Notes under the pieces: model-generated
Told to the model about the DNA's origin: nothing
Database searches by the model: none
The model's input: only the letters and a program-made list of their open reading frames with translations
Shown here: positions 26,001-40,828 of the stretch, in pieces
Position numbering within the stretch: position 1 is the stretch's first letter
Layout: every line of letters starts with the position of its first letter
Assembly (NCBI GenBank): GCA_951406725.2
Contig: OX597842.1
Coordinates: forward strand, 24,490,001 to 24,554,000
Source of the DNA: Octopus vulgaris
Lineage: Eukaryota
Reading direction: 5' to 3'
DNA: 64,000 nucleotides
Program-made: the position numbers and the translations under genes

Positions 26001-29000
26001 ACGGGAGGACCGCGATATATGCGTGAAAGGACCCAAGACGCCTTGACCTACGTACGCATTTACGGCAGGCTGGACCTCTTTATCACCTACACGTGCAATC
26101 CCAGCTGCGACGGAATCACTCGGGAACTCCTCCCGGGTCAATCTCACACCCATCGACACGACATCGTTGCTAGGGTTTTCCGTCTGAATTTGGGCAAAAT
26201 GAAGGATTTGATAGTTAAGGGTCAGATTTTCGGGCACGTCAGGTGCCACATGTTTTCGGTCGAGTGGCAAAAGAGGGGCTTTCCACATGCTCACATCTTA
26301 ATTTGGCTAACTCATAAAATCGAGACTAATGACATTGACAAATTCATTTCCGCCGAGATTCCTGACCCCGAACTGTACGAAATTGTCCGTACTACCATGG
26401 TACACGGGCCCTGTGGACCAAATTACGCCAACACACCATGCTGCAAAAACGGATTAGCCTGCTCAAAGGGATTCCCTAAATGGTTCACTTTGGAGGCTCA
26501 AACAGGCGGCGATGGGTATCCGCTGTACAAACGAAGGAGTCCAGCCAATGGAGGCCGCACGATTACGGTTGGGCGACATCAAGTGGACAACAGCTACATT
26601 GTCCCCTACTGTCCGCTCCTGTCGAAGATATTCAAAGCCCACGTCAACGTTGAGTTCTGCAGCTCCATCAGGTCAATACAATATGTCTGCAAATATATCA
26701 ACAAAGGCAGCGATGCTGCCATGTTCAGCATCCAGAGGACCACCAGTCGCGACGAAGTGTCCAATTACTTGGCTGGCCGGTACCTCAGCAGCAACGAAGC
26801 GTTTTGGCGCATTTACGGCTTCCCGCTCCATCAGAGACACCCGGCTGTGGTGCAGCTTGCTGTACACTTGGAAAATGGACAGCGGATTTACTTCACAGAG
26901 CAAAGTGCTGTGCAGATAGCCACCAGCCCTAAAGACACAACCTTGACTGGTTTCTTCAAATTATGCCAACGTGATGACTTCGCTCGAACGCTTTTGTACC
27001 CACAGGTCCCATCGTACTTCGTGTGGTCTAAAAACACCTGGGTTCGACGGAAATCCGGCAAAAACGTTGAAGGCTTCCCAGGCGTCAAGTTTGACTCCTG
27101 CCTGGGTCGAGTTTACAACATCCCGCCAAACCAGCAAGAATGCTTCTACCTCCGTCTCCTTCTAGATGAGGTCACTGGTCCGACAGGTTTCGGCAATATA
27201 CGTACCGTCAATGGGGTTCTGTGCGACACCTTCAGGGAAGCATGTATGAGACTTGGCCTTCTAGAGGATGACTCCCAGTGAGACGCCACAATAGCAGAGG
27301 GCGCTTTATTGCAAACGCCTTCGGCCCTACGACATCTTTTCGCAATCCTTCTTCAAAAATGTCAGCTTAGTGACCCACTAAGTCTCTGGATGAAATACAG
27401 GGATAACATGTCGCACGACTTCTTACGTACGGCTCAGCAACACTGCCCTTCCGCCGAGATCACGTTCACCAACTTCATTTACAATTTTGCGCTCATTCAA
27501 CTCGAAGACGCTGTCATCGATATGGGTGGGTCTGCTTTAACAGAGTACGGCCTTCCACCACCCACACGTGAACACGCCAATGTTATGTCTGCTGAATTGT
27601 TACGCGAAACTTCCTACTGCATTGAGGAACTGCACCAGTACGTCCAAGATAATGAACCACGACTGCTTCCAGACCAGCGCATAGCCTACAACACCATTGT
27701 AGACTCTGTCAGACAGCAACGTGGGGGGATTTTCTTCCTTGATGCACCCGGCGGCACTGGCAAACCTTCGTCACTAAACTAATTCTGGCGGAGGTCAGAC
27801 GCAACACGGACATTGCCCTGGCTGTAGCTTCCTCTGGTATCGCGGCCACGTTGCTTCCGGGTGGCAGAACCGCCCACTCTGCCTTCAGACTCCCGCTCGA
27901 TCTGGCAAAGTCCGAGTCACCTATTTGCAACATCGCCAAGAACTCAGAACAGGCCGACATTCTGCGCAGATGCAAACTCATCGTATGGGACGAGTGCACT
28001 ATGGCACACAAAGGCGCCCTTGAGGCACTGGACAGGTCCCTGCAAGACATCAGAAACTCTACGGCCCCCATGGGAGGATTAACTTTACTTCTTTCAGGAG
28101 ACTTCAGGCAGACTCTACCTGTTATTCCAAAAGGAACCCGTGCCGATGCCGTGCGCGCGTGCCTTAAGTCGTCAGCTCTTTGGGCACATGTGCGGCCCTT
28201 GCACCTCCAAACTAACATGCGCGCGCAGTTGATTGGTGACAGCGGATCCGCTGCATTCTCCAGGGACCTCTTATCACTCGGTGAAAATAGGATGCTGGCT
28301 GATGCGGATGGCTGCGTTCAATTGGACTCACTTTGCACCATTGTCGACACCCCTGCTAGCCTCCGGGACGCTGTCTTCCACGACCTACAAAACAATTTAC
28401 GCGACCTAAAATGGCTGGCAGGCAGAGCTATTCACGCACCCAAAAATACAACCGTCAACTCTATCAATATCCAGCTACTTGAAGCTATTCCTGGTGATGT
28501 CCACGTCTACAAATCTATTGATCGGACAGCAGACCCCGCCGAGCTTGCCGATTATCCTGTTGAATTCCTGAATTCACTTGAACCGCCAGGCCTGCCGCCA
28601 CACATCCTGAAGTTAAAAGTCGGTGCGCCCATTATGCTCATCAGGAATTTGGTTCCACCTAAACAGTGCAACGGCACACGTTTGGTTGTGAAACATTTGG
28701 CACCACATTTAATAACGGCCACAATACTTACCGGTTGTGGGAAGGGAGAGGATGTCTTCATTCCACGGATGCACCTTCAACAGTCGGGCGCTGACCTACC
28801 AATCCACTTCAGGCGTTCTCAGTTTCCTGTTAAACTCTGCTTCGCAATGTCCATCAATAAATCCCAAGGCCAAACGCTACAAGTCGCTGGGTTACATTTG
28901 GGCGAACAGTGCTTCGCCCACGGTCAACTCTACGTGGGCTATTCACGCGTTGGGAGGCGCAATGATGTTTTCATGTTTTCGGCCAAAGGGACAGCTAGGA

Positions 29001-29151
29001 ACATCGTATATACAGAAGTATTCGAGTGAAGACAAGACATTGCAACGTCCACTTGCACCTTCGTTCCCTGGAGGGAAAGGACTACATTGGGATTAGTCGT
29101 TGCCTACTAGGGGCTCTTACATACCCGGGCAATGCCGGGCTATGCTGCTAG
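23023..29151 (+). mobile_element. Near full-length Helitron (rolling-circle transposon), decayed
   Basis: 5' TC(TCTCTATATATAAA), 3' GC-rich hairpin cccgggcaatgccggg (29124-29139) then CTAG (29148-29151), inserted between A and T with no target duplication; encodes RepHel. Confidence 0.95.
24406..29029 (+). pseudogene. Helitron RepHel transposase (STPR-like repeats, HUH Rep, PIF1-family helicase), broken
   Basis: Likely start MPPKKRR at 24406; ETxxQRxxR repeats; Rep motifs LFITYTCNP, VEWQKRGFPHAHILIW, YVCKYINKG; helicase motifs DAPGGTGK, IVWDE, GDFRQTLPV, FAMSINKSQGQTL. Lesions: deletion/frameshift ~25110, stop ~25176, TGA 27279-27281, frameshift ~27768. Confidence 0.93.
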
Positions 29152-29917
29152 TATATTATAAGAGGTAAGATGTAACACATATTTTCTTTTTAGTAAAAGC
29201 CTATGTATCTGGCTAATTGGAAACAGCAGGCAGTTTTGAAAGTTTTAAATACTGCTTGTCTGAAATCGATATTAATTCTATTGTCCAGTAAACTTCGTAA
29301 ATTATGCCTAGAAAATCTGGATTTTACTTGTGGCCATGAAAAAGCACCAGATTTTTAATTACAATTATTTTAATAAATACTTCCTTATTTTAGTAGATAT
29401 TTCAGTGTTTTCATTTCAAGTTTTAATTTGGAAAACTGACAGTTCATTCTATTAATAAACTGGTATAATTTTAGTAAAAAATAAAATTAAGAAGTGATTT
29501 TGTTATGGTTATCTGGATTGCTATAACCTTTAGAATAATACCTATCCAAACCGATTTTGGACATTTTCTTTTTTAACTTAAAAACCACGGGAGGGGCCTT
29601 TTTGGTTAAAATAAAACAAGTAAATATTTTCAGAGGAAAAGGTGAACAATTCAAGGGATGTTTTGCTGGTGTTTCTAGCAGAACCCAAACCACCCTCCCT
29701 TTTCACTCTCACATGTATTTTCTTTTTTCTACTTGTTTCAGTCATTTTAACTGCGGCCATGCTGGAGCACTGCCTTTAATCGAGCAACTCTATCCCGGGA
29801 CTTACTCTTTGTAAGCCCAGTTCCTATTGTATCGGTGTCTTTTGCCGAACTGCTAAGTGACGGGAACATAAACACACCAGCTTCGGTTGTCAAGCAATGC
29901 TAGGGGGACAAACATAT

Positions 29918-29948
<31 letters not shown>

Positions 29949-30169
29949 CATATATAGGACAGGCTTCTTTCAGTTTCCGTCTACCAAATTCACTCACAAG
30001 GCATTGGTCGGCCCGAGGATATAGCAGAAGACACTTGCCCAAGGTGCCACGCAATGGGTCTGAACCCGGAACCATGTGGTTGGTAAACAAGCTACTTACC
30101 ACACAGCCACTCCTGTGTGTTGATGTTTTTTTTAAAAATATTTTTCTCCTATTATATTTTATGGAATGA

Positions 30170-31365
30170 CTAGCAGAGATACCCGGCGTTGCTCAGTATT
30201 AAAAGGTCATAATTTGTGTTTATATATATTACAGTTATGTTGAAACAGGTGATATAGGAAAGTGCAGCATTGATGACAAATCATTTGTGGAGTAAATGAT
30301 GGGCTAATTGGACTAAGCGACTTGTCATTTGCCCGAGTATTCCTTGCCCTAACCAGTCATGGAAAATTGGGGGTGGAGGGTATGTGGTTTTTGAATGCAC
30401 CGAAAAGCTGTCAGTGGATATGTTTTCCTTTCTGGCATCTAACATGACCCATCGTCTGAAGTTTTGACACCTCCTTTGGGTTTATTGTCCTACATCACTC
30501 ATGAAGTAAATTTTGAGGACCTGTGACACATAAAAGCACCAACCGACCGTGGCCATTTGCCAGCTTCCTCTGGCCAGTGGCACGAAAAATGCACCCACTA
30601 TACTCACGGAGTGGTTGGCGTTAGGAAGTGCATCCACCTGTAGAAACACTGCCAGATCAGACTGGGGCCTGGTGCAGCCTCGTGGTTTCCCAGATCCTGG
30701 TTGAACCATTCAACCCATGCTAGCATGGAAAACGGATGTTAAACGATGATGATGATGATGAAGATGTGGTTGGTTGTTCATTTGTGGGTAACAGGGAACC
30801 ATTGAGGTGACAGACTTGCCCTTCGACTGTGAATGTCAGTGTAAATCCATGTTCAACTATCTCCTTAGATGCACCAAACAATGTCATTTGTGATGCAGGA
30901 TTGTCTGATATTGTTCAGGAAATCCTTTGACTGGATGGAAGTACCTTCCAGAAGAGGTTGAGAAGGAGCTGGTAGTGCTGGCAATATTACCTTACTGCTT
31001 GGGCATTGCATGCCATTAGTTTCATTTGGAAATTTTAAAGCTTTACAGAAACAACGATTTGAGTTTAGCACACTAATTTGGACAAAATTATCATTTTCAT
31101 AAAAATGGGATGGATTATATCTGAAAGCAGCTCCAGGATTTGTGAAGAACGCATTTATACATAGTCTGTTTGTGAGAGCTATTCTATTGGACCACTGTCT
31201 AATCATTAAAATGTTTTAATGGCTAAGCATTAAATGCTGCAGCATGTGTTTGCTGATCTTGCAAAAGTCTCATCTCCCTTCTGTATTGAGACTCCATCTG
31301 ACGTGCTGCGGCTTGCCTTTGCTCATCTTGAGAAAGTCCCATCTTGCTTCTGTCTTAAGAAGCAA
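30170..31365 (-). mobile_element. Internally deleted Helitron of a second family
   Basis: Minus-strand 3' end ctgagcaacgccgggtatctctgCTAG|t at 30170. Coding relic AAFRYNP...CFCKALKFPNETNGM...KVILP...FLNNIRQ and VEGQVCHLNGSLLP matches the RepHel N-terminal region. 5' end not found. Confidence 0.8.
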
Positions 31366-31985
31366 GATGGAAATATTGTCCAATAATATGTAATTTTATG
31401 TTTTACATAATATCCGAAGGAAGAGGAGCTGAAGTCTGTGTATATGTAGACATTACACAAGGTTGTATCATAAAATTTCAATAACAGAATATATTTCAAA
31501 GACAACTTAAAGGATTATATCCACAGTTTATGATTATGAAAATGTAATTATATTTTCTATTGTTGAATCTCTGCTTTTTTAAGTCTTTCCTATATCTTCT
31601 ACTGTTTCTGTATCATTTCAGAATATGAGATGTTAGTGGTATAAAGGAGTTTTTACATCAGATACATCAGGAATATTGATCATCACTTGAAGACTAATGG
31701 AAGATGTTATAAATAATACATATAACCACGTTTATATAATTTATCTATGGTGAAGAACTGTGAAAAATTCCATCTGAATTAATAGCAACATTTGTTTCCA
31801 TCATTGCCTGGAATTTCCCATTCAGTCTGAACTTGGAAAAATCTGCAAAGGTGTTTCTATTACCTTTAGCTATTGACAAAGACCAGACTTGTGGAAAATA
31901 TAACTAGAGAAGTATTTGAATCAACAAAGGAATATATAAGAAGAACAGGAAAATATATTTTGTGCTTGTATACTATAGAACAATA

Positions 31986-33541
<1,556 letters not shown>

Positions 33542-33939
33542 CACTGTGATATCTGCAGTAAATAATTGTGTGTTCAGTATTATTTAACAGATCACAATTC
33601 CACTCATGCTAGATATGTCATTGTGATATCTGTGTTAAATCTTTCACTCAGGAATGTGCTAGGGGTCCAAACATGTCCCTTGTCTAACTCATGAAACGGA
33701 TGATACAGCATGATTATTTTATTCTAAATCCCTAAAATCTCATCAGATTTTGTGAATTAATTTAATAAACAGAAAGAAAATTAAAGTTGTCTTACTCTTT
33801 TTTCTCCTCTCATTTTATATGCAGAACATTCTTCCAAATGTTGTAATGGTGACACACACGTAAATTATAGAATTCACAGTGGATCAGTGTATGATAAAAG
33901 TCACACACGTCTCCAAACTAACCTACTATTAGCGTTTAT

Positions 33940-34270
33940 TTTCTCTCTATCCGCTCAGTCGAAGTCGACTCTTGGTCACTCGTTGGATCAGTGTCCTCCA
34001 GTCAGTTCTATCCTGGGCCGCTTCTTTCAGATTGGCCATGTCCATTCCGGTATCACTCTTGATGGTGTCAAGCCAGCGGGTTCTTGGTCGACCTCTTCCT
34101 CTTTTGCCACTGACCATTCCGAGCATGATGTCCTTCTCCAGGGATTTTCTCCGCATAATATGCCCAAAATATGCCAATCTATCCTTGGTGATCCCATCTT
34201 CTAGCGACATTTTCGGCCTTTTCTGCTTAAGAACTTCTCCATTGGTGAGCCTCGCTGTTCATGGAATCTG
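33940..34270 (-). mobile_element. RTE (BovB-like) LINE 3' fragment
   Basis: LAYFGHIMRRKSLEKDIMLGMVSGKRGRGRPRTRWLD...AQDRTDWR. Confidence 0.85.
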
Positions 34271-34609
34271 TTGATATTATTTAATTAAATATCAAGATAC
34301 AGTGAATGGGAGACTTTACATTTAAACCGCCCGAAATTTCATCTAGTTGTAACTTCTCCCCGTTAATTAATCCTTTAAATTAGTGCTGAAAGAAGAAATA
34401 ACGTTTGATTTCATGGTAGGGGTGAAACATCAGTGATATTATAATGGCTCAGAGTTACTTCCCTTAGCATTAAACAGAAAGAAATGCCTTCAAACTTTAT
34501 ATTTCGTCTTCATTCCTCTTCGACCAGATCCAGCTGGAATAGCTCTCTGCTGTCTCTGATATCGCCTCTAGAGCATTGCCCATGTTCTTCCCAGAGACTG
34601 AGGGTTGTT

Positions 34610-34950
34610 GGATCTTTTCCTTCTGAACGTCAGTTTTCTACACAATTTCTAGTAACTAAACACTTTTAAACTTTGTATACTGGTAGAATGTGTTTATAAA
34701 ACATCTTTTTCTCTTGGCTTTATTGAGAAAATTTTATAGTTTGTAACATATTTCGTCTTTAATTTCGAGTATTTCGGCAATTTTAACCAATCGCTGACCT
34801 CCATTGACGTAAACAACATTCCGTGCTGTATGAATATGTCCCTCGTTTAAGAAACAGATTGGATGTTTTATAAACACATTCTACCAGTATACGAAGTTTA
34901 AAAGTGTTTAGTTAACCAGAAATTGTCTGCCGTTCAAAAGGAAAAGATCC
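34610..34950. mobile_element. GGATCTTTTCC-family MITE, deleted copy with 8-bp target duplication
   Basis: GGGTTGTT at 34602-34609 and 34951-34958. Confidence 0.9.
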
Positions 34951-35579
34951 GGGTTGTTTCTTTAAATCGAACTTCCATGGCTAGAAACTTCACTCGGAAA
35001 TTCTGTTCCTCCAACATGGCGTATTTTTCAATCTTCCACAGGAGCGCTTCACTTGTCTTCCTTTCAAACGGCATTCTTTGTATCAATATATAGGACAGGT
35101 ACCACTTTTAGACGCAGAAAATGATTTTAGCTCAATAGAGGGCATAGGATTGGTTAAAATTCGAAAAATTAAACTACGTAAAAATTACAAATTACAATTT
35201 TCTCAAGAAGGCCAAAAGAAAAAGATGTTTTATTTTGACACATTCTACCAGTATACGAAGTTTAAAACTTTTTAGTTACCTAGAAATTATGTTAAAAAAC
35301 TGTCGTTCAAAAGGAAAAGATCCGTGGTTTCTCTTTCGTACGCTCGTGTTGTTATTGTTATAGTTGTCTGAGTGAGGAATGTTGTTGTTGCCATCAACAC
35401 CGCTATTGTTTACATTAATTTGAAATTTGCCAGCAAAATCAAATAAAATGGCAATGTTCTATAAGTTGTACAAGCTTATATGCTTTATATGAAAATAAAG
35501 AAGTTAAGTATGTTATGTGACTCCGGCGTAACCGTAACCGCCAAAAACGGGTGGTGTGGCTATTCGTTACCTTGGCCCA

Positions 35580-35808
35580 ATTCACATTTTCAAATATTTA
35601 TTATAGTTATAAACAAACATTAACAGTTTACAACCTTAAATTCAGACAAAAATGAGTAAATACGAAGCGCACAACAACCGGATTGTTAGTTCGTTTCGTT
35701 GACTTTCCCTGTCGGCTTTTCTATGTGTCTTCCAGTAATATTTCCCGCTCCTTCGAGTGTGTAATTAAAAATATTTCTTATAAAACAGCGACTAAATTAT
35801 CATCAGAG
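35580..35808 (+). promoter_or_regulatory. Putative promoter/exon 1 of gene E (donor GT 35809; acceptor AG 37137-37138)
   Basis: Same module, near-identical to the reverse complement of 14815-15050. Confidence 0.55.
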
Positions 35809-37465
35809 GTAAGTTGTAATACATATTTTCTTTTTAGTAAAAGCCTATGTATCTGTCTAATTGGAAAATCCTGACAGTATTGATAGTTTTAATTAATACT
35901 AGTCTGAAATCGATATTAATTCTATTGTCCAGTAAAGCACCTGGTTTTTAATTTCAATTATTTTGGTAGATAATCCATTTGCTGGTTGTGTCCATTCAAA
36001 GCTGTTTGTTGTTTTATCACAGATGTATCATTTGCTAAACATCTGTATTTGCTGTTTATTCTGTCAAAATGATACACGTTAATAATTCTGTCCATTTCAG
36101 CTTCTCAGAATAAATAATCTGCAACATCTTAAAACATCAATAGCTAACTGAAACATATGGCCAGTGATAGCACTATGATAAAAAGCAGATACAGCCTTTT
36201 GTAGACAGAATCGGCAAATGTCATAAACTGGCGATGGGTACTACTCTAGAAGAGTGGTCCCGGTGTGCGCACTCGCGCTTGTTAGTCGTGACTAGTGGAT
36301 CCTTACTTTGTATTTTTGTTTTATTTAATTAGTTAAAAAAGAAATTATTTACTAAAGAATATGAAAACTAAAAGAATATATCACACACATTTTATTTGAT
36401 TTGTGTAAAAAAATCATATACATTGTTCTAAGAAATAATTTATTTACTTTCTTTGAAATATTCTTCTATTTTATTCTGTAAATTCAACTCATTTGCATAC
36501 GCGCAAGTCGTAGGATCGACTACTTACGACTAGCTAGCGCGTACCGGGTCCATTCTTCGCTAGTAGTACCTGTGTTTTATTTACTTTGTTTTAAAAAGAA
36601 AGGCGATCTTACGGTATAAGTACCGGTGTAATCTGAACACTAAAGGGATAATGTTTTACATAATATCTGAAGGAAGAGGAACAGAAGTCCGTGTATATGT
36701 AGACATTACACAAGGTTGTATCATATAATTTTAATAACAAAATAAATTTCAAAGACCACACCCTTTTGTTACTAACCCGGCCAAAACCGGCTCTGGCTCT
36801 GTGGTAAAATGTTTTGTTTTCATAAGTTTTGAATTAAAATCTTCCACCAAACCTTAGTTCCAATTTATGTTCCTAACACTAGTTGAATGATAACTAAGCT
36901 AGTTTACTAAGTTCTTTATTATATTTAAAATAATTGAAAGAAACAGACTGAATCTCAGCAGAAATATGGTAACAAAAGGGTTACCATATTATAAATTACC
37001 ATAAATAAATTTCAAAGACAAATTAAAGGATTATATCCACAGTCTATCATTATGAAGATGTAGTTATATTTTTTTTATAGTTGAATCTCTGCTTTTTAAG
37101 TCTTTCCTATATCTTCTTCTGTTTCTGTGTCATTTCAGGAGGTGAAATGTTAGTGATACTTCATGAATATTGATCATCTAATGGAAGAAGTTATAAATAT
37201 TTGACATAACTCTGTTTATATGATTTGTCTATGGTGGAAAACTGTGAAATATTTCTTCTGAATTAATGACAACATTTGTTTCCATCATTGCCTGGAATAT
37301 TTGCTAAAGTCTTTCAAATTCAGTTTGGAGCGGGAGATATCTGCAAAGGTGTTTGTATCATCTTCAGATATTGATGAAGATCGGAACTGCTGGAAATATA
37401 AGCAATAGAAATATATAAAAAAGGAAGCAAAATTATATTTTGTGCTTGTATACTATAGAACAATA

Positions 37466-39105
37466 ATGAATCCTCAAGAGATGACAAAAGAAAAAGAAAA
37501 ATTATCGTACCAATGTGATATCTGTAAAATGACTTTTTCTAATGAGGGAAATCTCACTGTTCACAAATTCATTCATGCAGGTAGGAAGCCATATGACTGT
37601 GATGTCTGTGGTAAATCATTCTCTCAGAAAAGTAACCTTACCTCTCACCAATATATTCATACAGGAGAGAAACCATATGAATGTGATATTTGTTGTAAAT
37701 CATTCTCTCAGAAAATTCACCTTACTAGACACAAATCCATTCACACAGGTGAGAAACCATATCAATGTGATATCTGTGGAAATTCATTCTCTGATAAATG
37801 TCACCTTTCTTCTCACAAATACATTCATACAGGTGAGAAACCATATGAATGTGATATTTGTGGTAAATCATTCTCCCATAAGCACATCCTTACTTCTCAC
37901 ATATCCATTCATACAGGAGTGAAACCTTATCACTGTGATATTTGTGGTAAATCATTCTCCCAAAGGACTGGCCTTTCTTATCACAAATCTGTTCATACTG
38001 GAGAGAAACCAAATCAGTGTGATATATGTGGTAAATCATTCTTTCAGAAAAGTAGCCTTACCACTCACAAATACATTCATACAGGAGAGAAACCTCATCA
38101 ATGTGATGTCTGTGGAATGTCATTCTCTCAAAAACGTAGCCTTGATTCTCATAAATACATTCATACAGGTGAGAAACCATATCAGTGTGATATTTGTGGA
38201 AAATCATTCTCTCAAAAAAGTAACCTTGATTCTCATAAATCCATTCATACAGGAGAGAAACCTCATCAATGTGATGTCTGTGGAATGTCATTCTCTCAAA
38301 GACGTTACCTTGATTCTCACAAACATATTCATACAGGAGAGAAACCATATCAATGTGATATCTGTGGAAATTCATTCTCTGATAAATGTCACCTTTCTTC
38401 TCACAAATACATTCACAGAGGTGAGAAACAATATCACTGTGATATTTGTGGTAAATCATTCTCCCATAAGCACATCCTTACTACTCACATATCCATTCAT
38501 ACAGGAGTGAAACCTTATAACTGTGATATTTGTGGTAAATCATTCTCTCAAAGGACTGGCCTTTCTTATCACAAATCTGTTCATACTGGAGAGAAACCAA
38601 ATCAGTGTGATATCTGTGGTAAATCATTCTCTCAGAAAAGTAGCCTTACCACTCACAAATACATTCATACAGGAGAGAAACCTCATCAATGTGATGTCTG
38701 TGGAATGTCATTCTCTCAAAAAGTAGCCTTGATTCTCATAAATACATTCATACAGGTGAGAAACCATATCAGTGTGATATTTGTGGAAAATCATTCTCTC
38801 AAAAAGGTAACCTTGATTCTCATAAATATATTCATACAGGAGAGAAACCTCATCAATGTGATGTCTGTGGAATGTCATTCTCTCAAAGACGTTACCTTGA
38901 TTCTCACAAACCCATTCATACAGGAGAGAAACCATATCAATGTCGTATTTGTGGTAAATCGTTCTTCCATAAGCGTAGCCTTACTCATCACAAATCCATT
39001 CATACTGGAGAGAAACTGTATGAGTGTGATATTTGTGGTATACCACTGTCTTGCTTGCGTTCTTTAACCTCTCATAAAAACATTCATACTGGAGAGAAAC
39101 CATAG
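37466..39105 (+). pseudogene. C2H2 zinc-finger gene E (~19 fingers) with one frameshift
   Basis: 1-bp loss at ~38720 (ctctcaaaaagtagc vs ctctcaaaaacgtagc in the duplicated finger at ~38130); fingers resume in ORF 38872-39105. Confidence 0.8.
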
Positions 39106-39138
39106 AACTGTAATATCTGCAGTAAATCACTCTAAGCC

Positions 39139-39800
39139 GGATCTTTTCCTCTTGAACGGCAGTTTTCAACAAAATTTCTAGCTAACTAAACACTTTTAAA
39201 CTTCGTATACTGGTAGAATGTATCAAAATAAAACATTTTTTTCTCTTGGCTTTCTTGAGAAAATTGTAATTTGTAAGTTTAACATAGTTTAATTTTTCAA
39301 ATTTTAACCAATCCTATACCCTCTATTGAGCTAAAATTATTTGCTGCGTCTAAAACTGAGGCAACATCCTGTCACTAACCCTAACCCTAAATTTTAGCCT
39401 TTCGTTTTTTTTTTCTTAATTGTTACGCGTGTGTCTAAAATTATTGGTTTTGTTTTTGTTGAGTTTTTGCTTTTGTTTTAGCCTTTCGTTTTTTTTTTCT
39501 TAATTGTTATCCTTAAATTAATTTAACAATTGAGAAAAAAAATAAAAACGAAAGGCTAAAATTTAGGGTTAGGGTTAGTCTCAGTTTTAGACGCAGCAAA
39601 TGATTTTAGCTCGACAGAGGTCATAGGATTGGTTAAAATTCGAAAAATTAAACTACATTAAACTTACAAATTACAATTTACTCAAGGAAGCCAAGAGAAA
39701 GAAACGTTTTCTTTGCACACATTCTACCAGTATACGAAGTTTAAAAGTGTTTAGTTAACTAGAAATTGTGTTGAAAACTGCCGTTCAAAAGGAAAAGATC
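39139..39800. mobile_element. GGATCTTTTCC-family foldback MITE just after the gene E stop codon
   Basis: Inverted arms with CCCTAA/TTAGGG tracts; corresponding insertion after gene C starts at ~19734. Confidence 0.85.
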
Positions 39801-39993
39801 AGGTATTTCTCCTGCATCTGTCTTACCAGAAATATATAGCATCAGTGGTGCTTTTCCCTGGCATGAACCCAAACTGCATCTCATCTAAACTGACTCTCTC
39901 CCTAATTAGTTGATAATTATTTACTTTGTGTGAAAAAATTATTTACCTTGTTTAAAAAAAAAAATTATTTGATATGCAGCCTTTGAATACATA

Positions 39994-40507
39994 CCATAAA
40001 TCTTCGAGTGTAGTCCGCCCTTGAGTATAATACGCAGGGGAATTTTTAGGGGGCTGTACCTCTGAAAAACCTAAACCTTGTGTATAATATGCACCCCTTC
40101 TCTAACCTGAGTCAAGGAGGTCTATATAACGTCCTTGGTTTGTAAAAATGTATATGGTAACATCCTTTCTTATTATTGTATATATAACATAATGCAAACG
40201 TGTAGCTTTTTTGTGTATTTTGTTTGCAGAAAATAAAGAAATAACAGTAATAACGTTTAATAAATGTTGCTTACTGCAAGATATGGATGATTCTTTTATG
40301 ACTTCATTACTTTCAGGCTTAGCTCAAGGTATTTTCATGCCGGACATCACAAAATGCGTCTGAATAAACATTGCCGGACAGCAAAGAGAGACTCGGACAT
40401 TGCTTAGAAAATAATTTTCATTTTTAACCTTGTATATAATCCGCACCTGGGATTTTGACCGTTAAATTTTTTGGGGAAAAATGCTGATTATACTCGAGGA
40501 TTTACAG
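39994..40507. mobile_element. Tc1/mariner-superfamily (Tc2/pogo-like) MITE
   Basis: TA|ccataaatcttcgagtgta...tatactcgaggatttacag|TA imperfect TIRs. Confidence 0.7.
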
Positions 40508-40828
40508 TACATGTTTTGCGCATGCGTGCATCTATTAATTTACATACGTGCACTCACGCTAGGTAGTCGAAGGATCGACTAGTCATGACTAGTTAGAGCG
40601 ATGGCGCGCAGCGGGACCACTTTTCTTAAATAGTAACCGGCGTCAATAACCAGTCGAGTCGTGGTCACTCTGGTAATTAATATATATATAACAATTATAG
40701 GTGGTTTTACGTTTTCCACAATGATATGTACTACCAGGGTGCCACCAAGCTTATTGAATATGAGAAGGCTGTTTTTCCTGAGATGTATATTAACACGCAG
40801 ATGTCTGTACTTCGTACAAGTTTGCACT

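Noticed and set aside
27851-29029. Host PIF1 helicase gene
   Set aside because: Lies inside Helitron termini, fused to the HUH Rep domain, intronless.
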